Below the pieces are notes generated by a model that saw nothing but the letters and a program-made list of their open reading frames with translations, was not told where the DNA came from and searched no databases. Source: Candidatus Gagatemarchaeum stordalenia (GTDB taxonomy: Archaea > Thermoproteota > Nitrososphaeria > Nitrososphaerales > Gagatemarchaeaceae). Taken from it: a DNA stretch of 32,000 nt. The stretch lies in NCBI GenBank assembly GCA_003164815.1, contig PLUF01000050.1:1-32000 (forward strand), read 5' to 3'. A program made the position numbers and the translations under genes. Below are positions 15,418-23,722 of the stretch, one piece after another (position 1 is the stretch's first letter; each line of letters starts with the position of its first letter).

Positions 15418-16251
15418 ATGTGTCTGCGACGAAACATGCAAACAGCACCAAACTCGCGGACGCAGAAGTTCATCGCGGTGGGCGCCGTCCTGGCGCTCGC
15501 ACTCATCTCCCTCCAGGCGTACACGCTGATGACCGACGGGACATTCAGCGCGGCCGGGATCCAGAAGGTCGGCGGGAGCACAGATCCGCCCACGAACGGC
15601 ACCATATCTGTGACCGGCAGCGGACAGGTCGAGATCCAGCCGACCATGGCAATCCTCACGATCGGCGTGAACACCCAGGACCCGTCAGCCCAGACCGCGG
15701 CCCAGCAGAACGCGAACATAATGACAAACGTGATCAGCGCGCTCGAGAACCTCGGGATAAACAGCAGCAGCATCCAAACGGTCTCCTACAGCATCAACCC
15801 CCAGATCAACTACGACGCAAACGGCAAGTCTTCTGTCGCCGGCTACCAGGTGGACAGCCAAGTCCAGGTGACGATAACGACCCCCACCACGACAAGTCAG
15901 GCTGAGGTCCAGCTCGGGACCAAGGTAGGCTCGGCAATCGACGCGGCGGTCGGACAGGGTGCCAACGAGGTCTACGGGGTCCAGTTCACCGCATCGAACT
16001 CCGCCGTCCAACAGGCAGACCAGCAGGCCCTCCAGCTTGCGGTCCAGGACGCGTCCAGCCAGGCGAAGTCGATCGCGACAGCGCTCGACGTGACCGTAAC
16101 CGGTGTCATCTCGGTCAGCACGAACCCATCCTATACTCCCTCCCCCGTGATCCAGGACGCCATAGCATCCGGATCGAGCCAGACTCCCATAGTCGCACCC
16201 CAGTCGCTCACCGTCTCCGCCACAGTACAGGCCGTCTACGCGATCAGCTAG
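15418..16251 (+). CDS. SIMPL-domain (DUF541) secreted or membrane-anchored protein
   Basis: N-terminal anchor KFIAVGAVLALALISL. ISVTGSGQVEIQPTMAILTIGV...AQQNANIMTNVISAL...GYQVDSQVQVTI...QQALQLAVQDASSQAKSIA...VSATVQAVYAI follows the SIMPL pattern. The start is ATG 15418 or ATG 15436. Confidence 0.8.
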   Translation: MCLRRNMQTAPNSRTQKFIAVGAVLALALISLQAYTLMTDGTFSAAGIQKVGGSTDPPTNGTISVTGSGQVEIQPTMAILTIGVNTQDPSAQTAAQQNANIMTNVISALENLGINSSSIQTVSYSINPQINYDANGKSSVAGYQVDSQVQVTITTPTTTSQAEVQLGTKVGSAIDAAVGQGANEVYGVQFTASNSAVQQADQQALQLAVQDASSQAKSIATALDVTVTGVISVSTNPSYTPSPVIQDAIASGSSQTPIVAPQSLTVSATVQAVYAIS

Positions 16252-16271
16252 CACCCCCTGTGGGTGCTCCG

Positions 16272-16284
16272 CTCTTCTTTTTTC
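16272..16284 (+). terminator. Oligo-T tract, candidate archaeal terminator after the SIMPL gene
   Basis: CTCTTCTTTTTTC lies about 20 nt after the stop at 16251. Confidence 0.4.
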
Positions 16285-16330
16285 GGAAAGTCACAGTTAT
16301 TACAAAGGTCGACCGACCCGATGCTCGACC

Positions 16331-17212
16331 GTGATTCCCGAGGCAGTATCCAACATTAGAGCCCAGATAGGAGAGGGGCCCAGCTGGGACGCGAGGAAGA
16401 ACGTCCTCTACTGGGTCGACATCACCGGCGGCGTCGTCTACGCCCACACGCCCAACAAGCCCTACGACGAGGTGATCAAGAGTGTGAATGACGTCAGCTC
16501 TGTCGTGCCAAGGAAGGGCGGCGGGCTGGCGTTGACCTCCCAGCATGCGTATTTCGGGCTGGACCTGAAGAGCAGGGACCTCTCGCCGCTCACCGCTTCT
16601 GTGGAGGGCGAGATAGAAACGAACAGGTTCAACGACGGCAAGTGCGACGCGGCGGGCAGGTACTGGGCCGGGACGATGGACAGCCTGGAGAAGTCCCCGA
16701 GCGGGGGACTCTACGTCCTTGAGAAGGGCCTGAGGCCGAAGAAGGTCCTCTCGGACGTCACCATCTCCAACGGGCTCGGCTGGAGCCCTGACAACACGAC
16801 GATGTACTACATCGACAGCCCCACGAGGAAGGTCTCTGCCATGGACTACTCCCTGAAGACCGGGAAGGTCAAGAACAGGCGGACGATAGTCGACTTCTCA
16901 GTCAGCAGGCAGCCGGGGTCTCCCGACGGGATGTCGGTGGACTCGGAGGGGATGATATGGGTGGCCCACTGGGGAGGCGCGAGTCTTACGAGGTGGAACC
17001 CCTCAAACGGGAAGCTCATTGGGACCATGGCGGTGCCTGCCGAGCAGGTCGCGTCGTGCTGCTTCGGCGGGAGGAACCTCGACGAACTGTACATCACCAC
17101 CGCCTCGATAAGGCTGGACGCCAAGACTCTGGCCGCGAAGCCTCTCAACGGCGCCCTCTTCATGGTCAAGCCGGGTGTCAGAGGGTTGCCCACGAACGAG
17201 TTCGACGGCTGA
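16331..17212 (+). CDS. SMP-30 / gluconolactonase / LRE-family six-bladed propeller hydrolase
   Basis: GEGPSWDARKNVLYWVDI, NRFNDGKCDAAGRYWAGTM, SNGLGWSPDNTTMYYIDS, PDGMSVDSEGMIWVAHWGG, CCFGGRNLDELYITTA. Confidence 0.9.
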   Translation: MIPEAVSNIRAQIGEGPSWDARKNVLYWVDITGGVVYAHTPNKPYDEVIKSVNDVSSVVPRKGGGLALTSQHAYFGLDLKSRDLSPLTASVEGEIETNRFNDGKCDAAGRYWAGTMDSLEKSPSGGLYVLEKGLRPKKVLSDVTISNGLGWSPDNTTMYYIDSPTRKVSAMDYSLKTGKVKNRRTIVDFSVSRQPGSPDGMSVDSEGMIWVAHWGGASLTRWNPSNGKLIGTMAVPAEQVASCCFGGRNLDELYITTASIRLDAKTLAAKPLNGALFMVKPGVRGLPTNEFDG

Positions 17213-17241
17213 GATACTAGGCGCCGCCCCGGCGGGGTCCC

Positions 17242-18153
17242 TCAACCAGTTGAATCGCCCAGCGGAGGGGTAACGCCCTCGACGCCGGGTGCCACCGCGC
17301 CACGGGTCAGAGGAGCGGCCGAGATGGCTGTCACAGGGTAGCCGCCCTCGACTCTCAGCGACGAGGCCGCGCTCTCCTCCTTCTCGAGGGACTTCTGGGC
17401 TATCGTCGCGGCGCCGAACGCCCCTATGATCTGAGGCTCAGGCGGGATGAGCAGCTTCGTCTTAAGCTCCTTCTCGAGCGCCGCGACCATCCCAACGTTC
17501 TTCGCCACACCGCCGCTGAACACAACCGATTCTCTGACCCCCACGTACCTGACCATTATGGAGACCCTCCTCGATATGGACTCGCAGAGTCCCGCAGCGA
17601 CGTCTTCCCTGCTCCTGCCGTTGGTGAGGAGGGAGATCACCTCGGACTCGGAGAAGACGGTGCACATGCTGTTTATCCTGGCCGGGTTGGCGCTCTTGAG
17701 GGCGAGCTCGCCCATCTTGGCGACGCGAACGTGCAGCACCCTGGCCATCACCTCGATGAACCTGCCCGTGCCGGCCGCGCACCTGTCGTTCATAACGAAG
17801 TTCGCCACCTGGCCTTCCTCGGTAAGGCTGATCGCCTTGCTGTCCTGGCCGCCGATATCGAGGATCGTCCTCGCCGAGGGGCAGACGGCCTTTGCGCCCT
17901 CCGCGTGGGCCGTGATCTCCGTGACGGACTTGTTGGCCTCGCTGAACACCTTCCTCCCGTAACCCGTCGAGACGATGAAGTCAATGTCCCCCCGGGCCAG
18001 CTGGGACTCCTCGAGCGCCAGTCTCAGGGCGCGACGCGCGGCCCCGTTGCCGTCGTAGCCGGACGGGAGGATCTGGATGGAGAGCATCTTCCCGTCGGCG
18101 AGGATGGCGACCTTCGTCGCCACCGCGCCAATGTCGACTCCCGCGACGGCCAT
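17242..18153 (-). CDS. BcrAD/BadFG-type activator ATPase (HgdC / DCCP-reductase-like), with a ~45-aa C-terminal extension
   Basis: GVDIGAVATKVAIL, TGYGR, EITAHAEGA, DIGGQDSK, NDRCAAGTGRFIEVMA and CTVFSESEVISL (the two Cys-containing motifs), and FSGGVAKN. Confidence 0.9.
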   Translation of the reverse strand: MAVAGVDIGAVATKVAILADGKMLSIQILPSGYDGNGAARRALRLALEESQLARGDIDFIVSTGYGRKVFSEANKSVTEITAHAEGAKAVCPSARTILDIGGQDSKAISLTEEGQVANFVMNDRCAAGTGRFIEVMARVLHVRVAKMGELALKSANPARINSMCTVFSESEVISLLTNGRSREDVAAGLCESISRRVSIMVRYVGVRESVVFSGGVAKNVGMVAALEKELKTKLLIPPEPQIIGAFGAATIAQKSLEKEESAASSLRVEGGYPVTAISAAPLTRGAVAPGVEGVTPPLGDSTG

Positions 18154-18171
18154 CCGGGCCCACCTCTGCTC

Positions 18172-19458
18172 TTACACAGGGCTGAGCATCTCAGTGAAGG
18201 CCTCGACCCTCGTCCTGATCTGCTCTACGTCCTCGGAACCGTAGTCGGTCTCGACCTTCAGCATCGGGACGCCCGCCTTCTTCAGGGCCTTGTCGACCTT
18301 GATCGCCTCGATGTTGTAGGTGTGGCAGTACTGTAGCACATTGTAGACGACGCCGCTGGCGTTGTACTCCTTGGCCATGTCGACGACCTTGGTCACCCTG
18401 TCGTCGTTGGGGGTGAAGCACGCGCACGAGATGTTGTGGTACCTGTCCCAGATCGCCTCCAGGAGGCTGTCCATGGAGTCGCCCTTGGGCTCGACCAGGT
18501 CCGTGAAGTACCGGGAGCCAATGCAGCTCTCCTCCGCCACCACGGGCACCCCCGTCGACTCGATGATCGAGTGCAGCTTCCAGTTGGGGATGGCCATCGG
18601 GCAGCCGGAGAACATCAGCCTCGGCTTGCTCGGGTCGCCGACTCCGACGCCGTCGGCGTTCCGCTTCTCCAGCTCGTCGGCCAGTTCGTTGGTCTTCAGG
18701 GTGAACCTGTTGACGTCGTCGTAGAAGCTCATCTGGTTGACGAGCAGGGCATCGAGGCCGCTTATCGGCGTGGGGGAAGCCCTGCGAGTGTCGCTCACCC
18801 TCTTCATCGCCTTCTTCTTCTCGTTGATCAGCCGGATGGCCTCCTTCAGGGAGTCCTTCTCGATGACGTTGCCCGTCAAGGTCTCCATCTGCTGCTTGAA
18901 CAGCTTGATCTCCGAGAGCCAGAGCGCCTTGGACTGCTCCGTGTCCACCTTGTGGGGGATCTCCATCACGTAGGTGGGCGTGTAGTCCGCCAGGACCTCG
19001 TAGACCTTCTTCTTCGCGTCGCACGTGGTCTCACCCACGACCATGTCGCAGGAGTTGAAGTACGGGCAGGTCGCTCCGACCTTGAACCCGAAGAACGACT
19101 TGACCAGCGGGCAGATGTTCCTGGGCAGCACAGTCTCGGCGTCGGGTATGGAGAAATCGGCGCCTCCGCAGAGACCGACCATGGTGGCGTCGGCGGCGTA
19201 GACCAGCTCCTCGGGCACGTAGAGGCAGAAAGCCCCTATAATCTTCTTTCCCGCCTTCTTGCGGTCGACCAGCTCCTTGATCCGGAGCCCGTGAACCTCC
19301 GAGATGACGAAATCGAAGTATCCCATCCCGGCCGGCCGGTTCTTCTGCGTCATGAACAGGTCCCCGTATCCCTTCGCCAGGGCGTTGAGGAGCACGTCGT
19401 GCTTCTCGAGATTGAGTCCCAGGTCTTTCCACATTTCGGCGTATTGCTGGTTTGTCAA
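18172..19458 (-). CDS. 2-hydroxyacyl-CoA dehydratase / BcrC-BadD family protein, present as a single subunit (double-cubane-cluster-protein-like)
   Basis: 428 aa with the family's Cys-rich motifs (GAFCLYVPEE, GLCGGADF, CPYFNSCD, TTCDAKKK, SGCPMAIPNW, EESCIG, LQYCHTYN). It sits 18 nt upstream of the activator gene. No second dehydratase subunit is present. Confidence 0.85.
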   Translation of the reverse strand: MTNQQYAEMWKDLGLNLEKHDVLLNALAKGYGDLFMTQKNRPAGMGYFDFVISEVHGLRIKELVDRKKAGKKIIGAFCLYVPEELVYAADATMVGLCGGADFSIPDAETVLPRNICPLVKSFFGFKVGATCPYFNSCDMVVGETTCDAKKKVYEVLADYTPTYVMEIPHKVDTEQSKALWLSEIKLFKQQMETLTGNVIEKDSLKEAIRLINEKKKAMKRVSDTRRASPTPISGLDALLVNQMSFYDDVNRFTLKTNELADELEKRNADGVGVGDPSKPRLMFSGCPMAIPNWKLHSIIESTGVPVVAEESCIGSRYFTDLVEPKGDSMDSLLEAIWDRYHNISCACFTPNDDRVTKVVDMAKEYNASGVVYNVLQYCHTYNIEAIKVDKALKKAGVPMLKVETDYGSEDVEQIRTRVEAFTEMLSPV

Positions 19459-19474
19459 GCAGTTTCGCTTACCG

Positions 19475-19592
19475 GTTCGGGATTGTTTGTGATATTTACG
19501 CAGAGTCCCGAACTGATTGGGGAGCGTCGACGCCTGAGCGTGCTCCGCCTGGCATGGCTTTGTCCCGAACAGGTTCGTGCCGAGTTTCGGGC
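19475..19592 (-). promoter_or_regulatory. Array of five GTTCGGGA / TCCCGAAC-type sites bracketing a TATA-like box upstream of the dehydratase-family operon
   Basis: The sites are GTTCGGGA 19475-19482, TCCCGAAC 19506-19513, TCCCGAAC 19563-19570, GTTCGTGC 19573-19580 and TTTCGGGC 19585-19592. The first pair is a perfect 8-bp inverted repeat whose 23-nt spacer contains GATATTTAC (19491-19499). Confidence 0.55.
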
Positions 19593-19634
19593 TTTAGAGA
19601 TCGGATCCGCTGAGCCGTCGTTAGGGGCTCTTCC

Positions 19635-19940
19635 CTAGGCGCGGAAGTCCTTCGGGTTGGCTGTCCCCTCGACTACGTCGACCGACTTCTCGGTCCACTT
19701 GTAGTGGCAGTGCTCGCACTCGTAGGTGGTCTCGAACGTCTCCGTCTCCACCGCGACCTCCTCGGATAGCTGGTTGGGAGGGGGAGGCTGGAGGCTGGAG
19801 TCGTGCATGAGGCCTTCGGTGCGGCTCGCCAGGTCGAGGTCCACGTGCTCCATGTGGTGTTCGGTCGAGACCAGCTCCTTCCCCTTCTTCTCGACCGAGA
19901 AGTGCTTCCCGCAGTTCGGGCATTTCTTGAGCAGGTCCAT
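19635..19940 (-). CDS. Zinc-ribbon protein (101 aa), function unknown
   Basis: CPNCGKHF near the N-terminus pairs with CEHCHYKW near the C-terminus, with an acidic/Pro-rich linker between them. Confidence 0.65.
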   Translation of the reverse strand: MDLLKKCPNCGKHFSVEKKGKELVSTEHHMEHVDLDLASRTEGLMHDSSLQPPPPNQLSEEVAVETETFETTYECEHCHYKWTEKSVDVVEGTANPKDFRA

Positions 19941-20234
19941 GTTCCTCGCCTGAGCCTACCATGCGCCCGCGGCATATAATCGCGTTGCAACACTCCGCCT
20001 TTGCGACGGCGCCTAGACTGGATCGTCTAACCGAGTCCCTCCACCTTATATTTCGCGGCGGGGAGACTCCGATAGGAATGCCACACCGATCTGCCGGAGT
20101 GCGCCATCACAGTCCGAGCCTCTCATCGGTCACATCCGCCCTAGCCGACCGCCTCGCAGATTCAGAGGACGCGCGCCTGACGTCCGCTCTCAGAAAGAGG
20201 TAGTGCCTGCGCCCTCGAGATAGACCGTGAAACG

Positions 20235-21467
20235 ATGCCAAGCTCCCACAAGTCCCTCTGGGTCATCCCTATCCTCATGGCCTGCCTGGTCGGGTCCTTC
20301 GTCTTCCTCCCGGGAACCAGCGCTGCGTCCGGCTCTGTGAATGCGACGCTCTCGTCTGTCAGCCTCGGGACCGTACCCAGGGGCGTCGCGGTCAACTCGA
20401 ACTCGGGCGTGATCTATACGTCGCTCTTCCTGAACGGGACGACCCTGGCGCTCTCTCCCGTCACTTTCACGGTCTTCGGTAGGGTCGCGACACCCTCCCC
20501 TTACGCTGTAGCCGTTGACTCCGTCACGGGCCTGGCGTACGTCTCGCAGGGCGAGCAGGCGTCGATCATCGTGCTGGACCGCTCCGGGAACACGGTCCTG
20601 GCGAGCATCAATGGAGCGGGGACGCCGTACGCGCTGGTCGTCGACGAGCCTCAGAACCTCCTCTTCGCCGCTGACACGAGCGCCAACTCCCTCTGGATCG
20701 TCAACTGCTCGTCGGACACGGTGGTCTCCCGGGTGCCAATGGGCGACACCTCGGCGCTCGCGTTCGACCCCGTCAGTCACGAGGCCTTCATCGGTAACGT
20801 CTCCTCCGGCTATGACGGCGGCTCCGTCTCCGTCGTGAGCAGCGACAGCATGAAGATAGTCAAGACCTTCTCGGTCCCCGTCGCCCCGATGCGGTTCGCT
20901 GTCGACCCTGTCTCCCACCTCCTTTTCGTGACGGGGACAGGGCCCAACTCCACGTCGCCCAACTTCCTCGCCATCAACGACGAGACCTTCCAGACCGTCT
21001 ACGCGCTCCATCTCGGCGACTCACCGCAGCTGATGACCGCCGCCTCCTCGCCCGATGTCTACGTCAGCGACCCCGGAGTAAACAGACTCTACGAGGTCGA
21101 CGGAGCCAGCGGCCAGGTCCTCCTCAACTCGACCGGCGACCCGACCGTCGGCATCACGTTCGCAGGGATCACATCGATGGCCTTCAGCCCAATCACCGGG
21201 ACCCTCTACGTGACCGAGAACGACGTAACAAGCCTGATAGTCCTGAGCACCTCAACGACGACTTCCTCCTCACCGACCCTCCACGCCCCCGTATGGTACC
21301 TCATCGCGCTGATTATCATCGGGGCTTCGCTCGTAGTGGCCCTCTTCTTCGTTCGGAGGCGGGATCGGATAAGACGAAAACCAGCGGCGGAGCGACCTGG
21401 CGGTCTGTCTACCGCGTCTTCAGGGGCGCCGGCATGGACTCCGCCCCGGCCTGCATCCCATCGCTAG
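20235..21467 (+). CDS. Cell-surface beta-propeller repeat protein (YVTN-type repeats) with a signal peptide and C-terminal Ser/Thr linker plus TM anchor
   Basis: The signal is MPSSHKSLWVIPILMACLVGSFVFLPGTSAA. Repeated units include GVAVNSNSGVIYTS, YAVAVDSVTGLAYVS, YALVVDEPQNLLFAAD, LAFDPVSHEAFIGN and FAVDPVSHLLFVTG. The C-terminus is STSTTTSSSP, then WYLIALIIIGASLVVALFFV, then RRRDRIRRK. Confidence 0.8.
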   Translation: MPSSHKSLWVIPILMACLVGSFVFLPGTSAASGSVNATLSSVSLGTVPRGVAVNSNSGVIYTSLFLNGTTLALSPVTFTVFGRVATPSPYAVAVDSVTGLAYVSQGEQASIIVLDRSGNTVLASINGAGTPYALVVDEPQNLLFAADTSANSLWIVNCSSDTVVSRVPMGDTSALAFDPVSHEAFIGNVSSGYDGGSVSVVSSDSMKIVKTFSVPVAPMRFAVDPVSHLLFVTGTGPNSTSPNFLAINDETFQTVYALHLGDSPQLMTAASSPDVYVSDPGVNRLYEVDGASGQVLLNSTGDPTVGITFAGITSMAFSPITGTLYVTENDVTSLIVLSTSTTTSSSPTLHAPVWYLIALIIIGASLVVALFFVRRRDRIRRKPAAERPGGLSTASSGAPAWTPPRPASHR

Positions 21468-22293
21468 CCTCTTCGGTCGAGATGTGGGTCTTCTCGGGCC
21501 TCTCGAGCACTCCGGTAAGGCGGAGGTGCTTCAGGGACCCTCCCTTCCGGGCGTGTATCACCTCGGCCATTATGCTAACCGATATCTCCTGGGGCGTCAC
21601 GGCGCCGATGTCGATGCCTACCGGAGCAAAGACCGTGAGGAGTTTATCGAGTGGCGCACCCTGCTCCAGCAGCTGCTTGAACGTCTGGTTGACCCTGTTC
21701 TTGCTCCCGATCATGCCGATGAACCTCGCCTTCGAGTTCAGGACCGTCTGGAGCGCCTCGAAGTCGTACCGGTGGTCGGTCAGCATCAGGATGCTGTCGA
21801 AGGGCGTTATGGGTATCTCCTTGATCTTGTGCAGCACGCCCTGGGTGTAGATCTCGCAGCCTGGGAACGACTCCTCGTCCGCGAAGGGGTCGAGCACGAT
21901 CACGTCGTAGGCGAGCATCTTCGCGATCTGGGCGCAGCTCTTCGCGATCCCTCCCGAGCCGAAGATTATCAGCCTCTCACGGGGTTCGACCAACTGCATC
22001 AGCATCTTGAGCTTCCCGCCGCAGGACATGCCGATCCCGCTCCAGCTGTCGTCCCCGAGGTTGAACTCCTCGACCTTGGTCTTGCCGTCCTTGAAGACGG
22101 TCCGTGCCGACTTGACGATGTATCTCTCAACGCAACCGCCGCCGACCGTCCCGCACGTCGGGCCGTCCTCTGATATCGCCATCGCCGCCCCGCTCCCCTG
22201 GGGTACAGATCCGTCCGACTCGATGACGCTGGCAACGACGACCTTCTTCCCCTCGGCCAGCCTCTTTCCGACAAAGCTGTAGAACTCTTCCAT
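21409..22293 (-). CDS. xdhC: XdhC/CoxI-family molybdenum-cofactor insertion/sulfuration chaperone (both domains)
   Basis: The N-domain is KKVVVASVIESDGSVPQGSGAAMAISEDGPTCGTVGGGCVE. The Rossmann C-domain is RLIIFGSGGIAKSCAQIAKMLAYDVIVLDPF...MLTDHRYD...FIGMIGSKNR...APVGIDIGAVTPQEISVSIMAEVI. Confidence 0.9.
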   Translation of the reverse strand: MEEFYSFVGKRLAEGKKVVVASVIESDGSVPQGSGAAMAISEDGPTCGTVGGGCVERYIVKSARTVFKDGKTKVEEFNLGDDSWSGIGMSCGGKLKMLMQLVEPRERLIIFGSGGIAKSCAQIAKMLAYDVIVLDPFADEESFPGCEIYTQGVLHKIKEIPITPFDSILMLTDHRYDFEALQTVLNSKARFIGMIGSKNRVNQTFKQLLEQGAPLDKLLTVFAPVGIDIGAVTPQEISVSIMAEVIHARKGGSLKHLRLTGVLERPEKTHISTEEASDGMQAGAESMPAPLKTR

Positions 22294-22325
22294 CTCGTCT
22301 CACCTGTGCCTATACTCCATGCCGA

Positions 22326-22685
22326 TTAGTCCCAGCGCGCGCCGCACGGGCCGACGACCGGCATCGGCTTCTCTACCCTGACCTCGGGCGACTTCTTCAG
22401 GAGGATATGGAAGTCCGGCCCGCTCTCGTACGACTTTACCACCTGCTGGCCGCGGTTCCAGCAGTACTTGAGGACATTCTCCTTCGAGACGTGCTCGTTC
22501 ACGACTATCTCGAGGACCTCGCCCAGGGCCGCTTCCGAGAGTGCCTTCTTGACCATGAGGATGGGCTTGGGACAGAGCTCGTCCCTGCAGTCTACGACCC
22601 GCGCCACCGCTCCCTGGGAATCGTTAACGTCGGTTGGCGTTGACGCCGCGGCCCCTTCATATTGAACCGAGACTGTCTTCTCCAT
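22326..22685 (-). CDS. tusA: TusA/SirA-family sulfur carrier with N- and C-terminal extensions
   Basis: VVDCRDELCPKPILMVKKALSEAALGEVLEIVVNE contains the conserved Cys-Pro-x-Pro active-site motif. At 119 aa it is longer than the roughly 75-80 aa typical of the family. Confidence 0.85.
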   Translation of the reverse strand: MEKTVSVQYEGAAASTPTDVNDSQGAVARVVDCRDELCPKPILMVKKALSEAALGEVLEIVVNEHVSKENVLKYCWNRGQQVVKSYESGPDFHILLKKSPEVRVEKPMPVVGPCGARWD

Positions 22686-22717
22686 AGAGGAAGGACGCGC
22701 TTCCTCTGATATATATG
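22686..22717 (-). promoter_or_regulatory. Perfect 8-bp inverted repeat between a TATA-like box and the tusA start codon (candidate operator)
   Basis: AGAGGAAG (22686-22693), spacer GACGCG, CTTCCTCT (22700-22707), then GATATATATG (22708-22717) centred about 28 nt upstream of ATG 22685. Confidence 0.5.
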
Positions 22718-22849
22718 GGCGACGGTTTCGTCAAGGCAAAGCCATTACGCTCTTTCTGGGGATTCCTGTCCATCTTTGAGGCAAGGCGCGCCAAGAACTG
22801 CAAGCTCACTCGATAAAGTGCACGCGATCTTGCGAGAGTCGAGGGAATG

Positions 22850-23722
22850 CTATTGCTCGTCCACGGTCTTCCTGACCGCTTCGCCGATGTGGTCCACTAT
22901 CTCGAAGACCCTCGTGGCGGGAGTCGGATTGGAGAGCGCCCCGGCGAGCCTGTTCGCCTTCGATGCGATCAGCCCCGCTTTTACCGGGTCGAAGCCCGCG
23001 GAGATCAGCGCCGAGACTATCCCGGTCAGCGTGTCCCCGGTCCCCCCGATCGGCTCCATCGCTGGAATGTTCGGCTCCGAGACGGTGTGGATGATCTTCC
23101 CGTCCTCGACGATGAAGTCGGTCGGCCCCTTCACCAGGAGGTAGCGGGGAGTGTTCTTCGCCGCGTATGCCTGTGCTATCAATCTCGGCACCTCGGTCGT
23201 GTCGACCTCGAAGAGGGCCGCCTTCACATAGGCCGGGTGACCGGCGTCGGGGTCGGCGAGGAACGATATCTCGCCCGCGTCCGGAGTGAAGAGGTCAAAC
23301 TTGTCGCAGACCCTCGTCGCCTTCGCTATGAGGAGCGCGCCGGCGTCGGCCACAAGGAAGGGCCTCTTCGCCCAGTAGTCGGCCATCTCGACGAACCCGA
23401 GGAACTCGTTCCTGAGCGGGAGTATGTAGTGCAGAGTGACAATCGAGGGCCCTAGTCCTCCCGCCTCCTCGGTCAGGTACTGGTAAACCAGCTTCGACCC
23501 CGCGCCCTCGCCGAGGTCCCCGGCGACAACGCTCATGGGTGGCTCCCCACCGAGGGCCTCGGTCGTCTTCACCGCCGCAGCCATCATCGCCGTGGCGCCG
23601 ATCGAGAGCATCTCTGGGGGTACCTCCCTGTCGCCTATGCTCATCCTCCTCCCGTCAAGCTTCACCCGCCCGACCGTTAACGAGACGTCTGACGTGGGCA
23701 GGGTCCCCGAAAGGAGGAGCAT
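22850..23722 (-). CDS. Ribokinase-fold protein of the YjeF C-terminal (NAD(P)HX dehydratase / carbohydrate kinase) type, divergent
   Basis: The C-terminal motif PIGGTGDTLTGIVSALIS matches the GxGDxLxG signature. FLVADAGAL, FTPDAGEISFL and LLVKGPTDFIV match the family order. The N-terminal third is atypical. Confidence 0.55.
   Translation of the reverse strand: MLLLSGTLPTSDVSLTVGRVKLDGRRMSIGDREVPPEMLSIGATAMMAAAVKTTEALGGEPPMSVVAGDLGEGAGSKLVYQYLTEEAGGLGPSIVTLHYILPLRNEFLGFVEMADYWAKRPFLVADAGALLIAKATRVCDKFDLFTPDAGEISFLADPDAGHPAYVKAALFEVDTTEVPRLIAQAYAAKNTPRYLLVKGPTDFIVEDGKIIHTVSEPNIPAMEPIGGTGDTLTGIVSALISAGFDPVKAGLIASKANRLAGALSNPTPATRVFEIVDHIGEAVRKTVDEQ

Noticed and set aside
15349-15441. The upstream extension of the HExxH protein ORF to 15441.
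   Set aside because: It would overlap the divergent SIMPL gene start and run through the A/T-rich promoter spacer. ATG 15348 sits right after that spacer.
18436-19638. A 400-aa plus-strand ORF opposite the dehydratase-family gene, and the 277-aa minus-strand off-frame ORF at 18191-19024.
   Set aside because: The dehydratase frame has family-specific Cys motifs. The alternatives are Arg/Gly/Leu/Pro-rich shadows.
19961-20203. An 80-aa ORF, with an internal 41-codon ATG ORF at 20079, in the 294-nt intergenic region before the beta-propeller gene.
   Set aside because: Third-position G/C bias is weaker than in real genes here, the translation is Ser/Arg/Ala-rich, and there is no motif. The region more likely holds divergent promoters (GCATATAATCGC, CCTTATATTTCG) and a 5' UTR. 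A structured RNA cannot be excluded, but I saw no convincing conserved-looking stems.
22715-22816. A 33-codon plus-strand ORF (MGDGFVKAKPLRSFWGFLSIFEARRAKNCKLTR) in the tusA upstream spacer.
   Set aside because: It has weak codon bias and no motif, and it starts inside the TATA-like element of the opposite-strand promoter.
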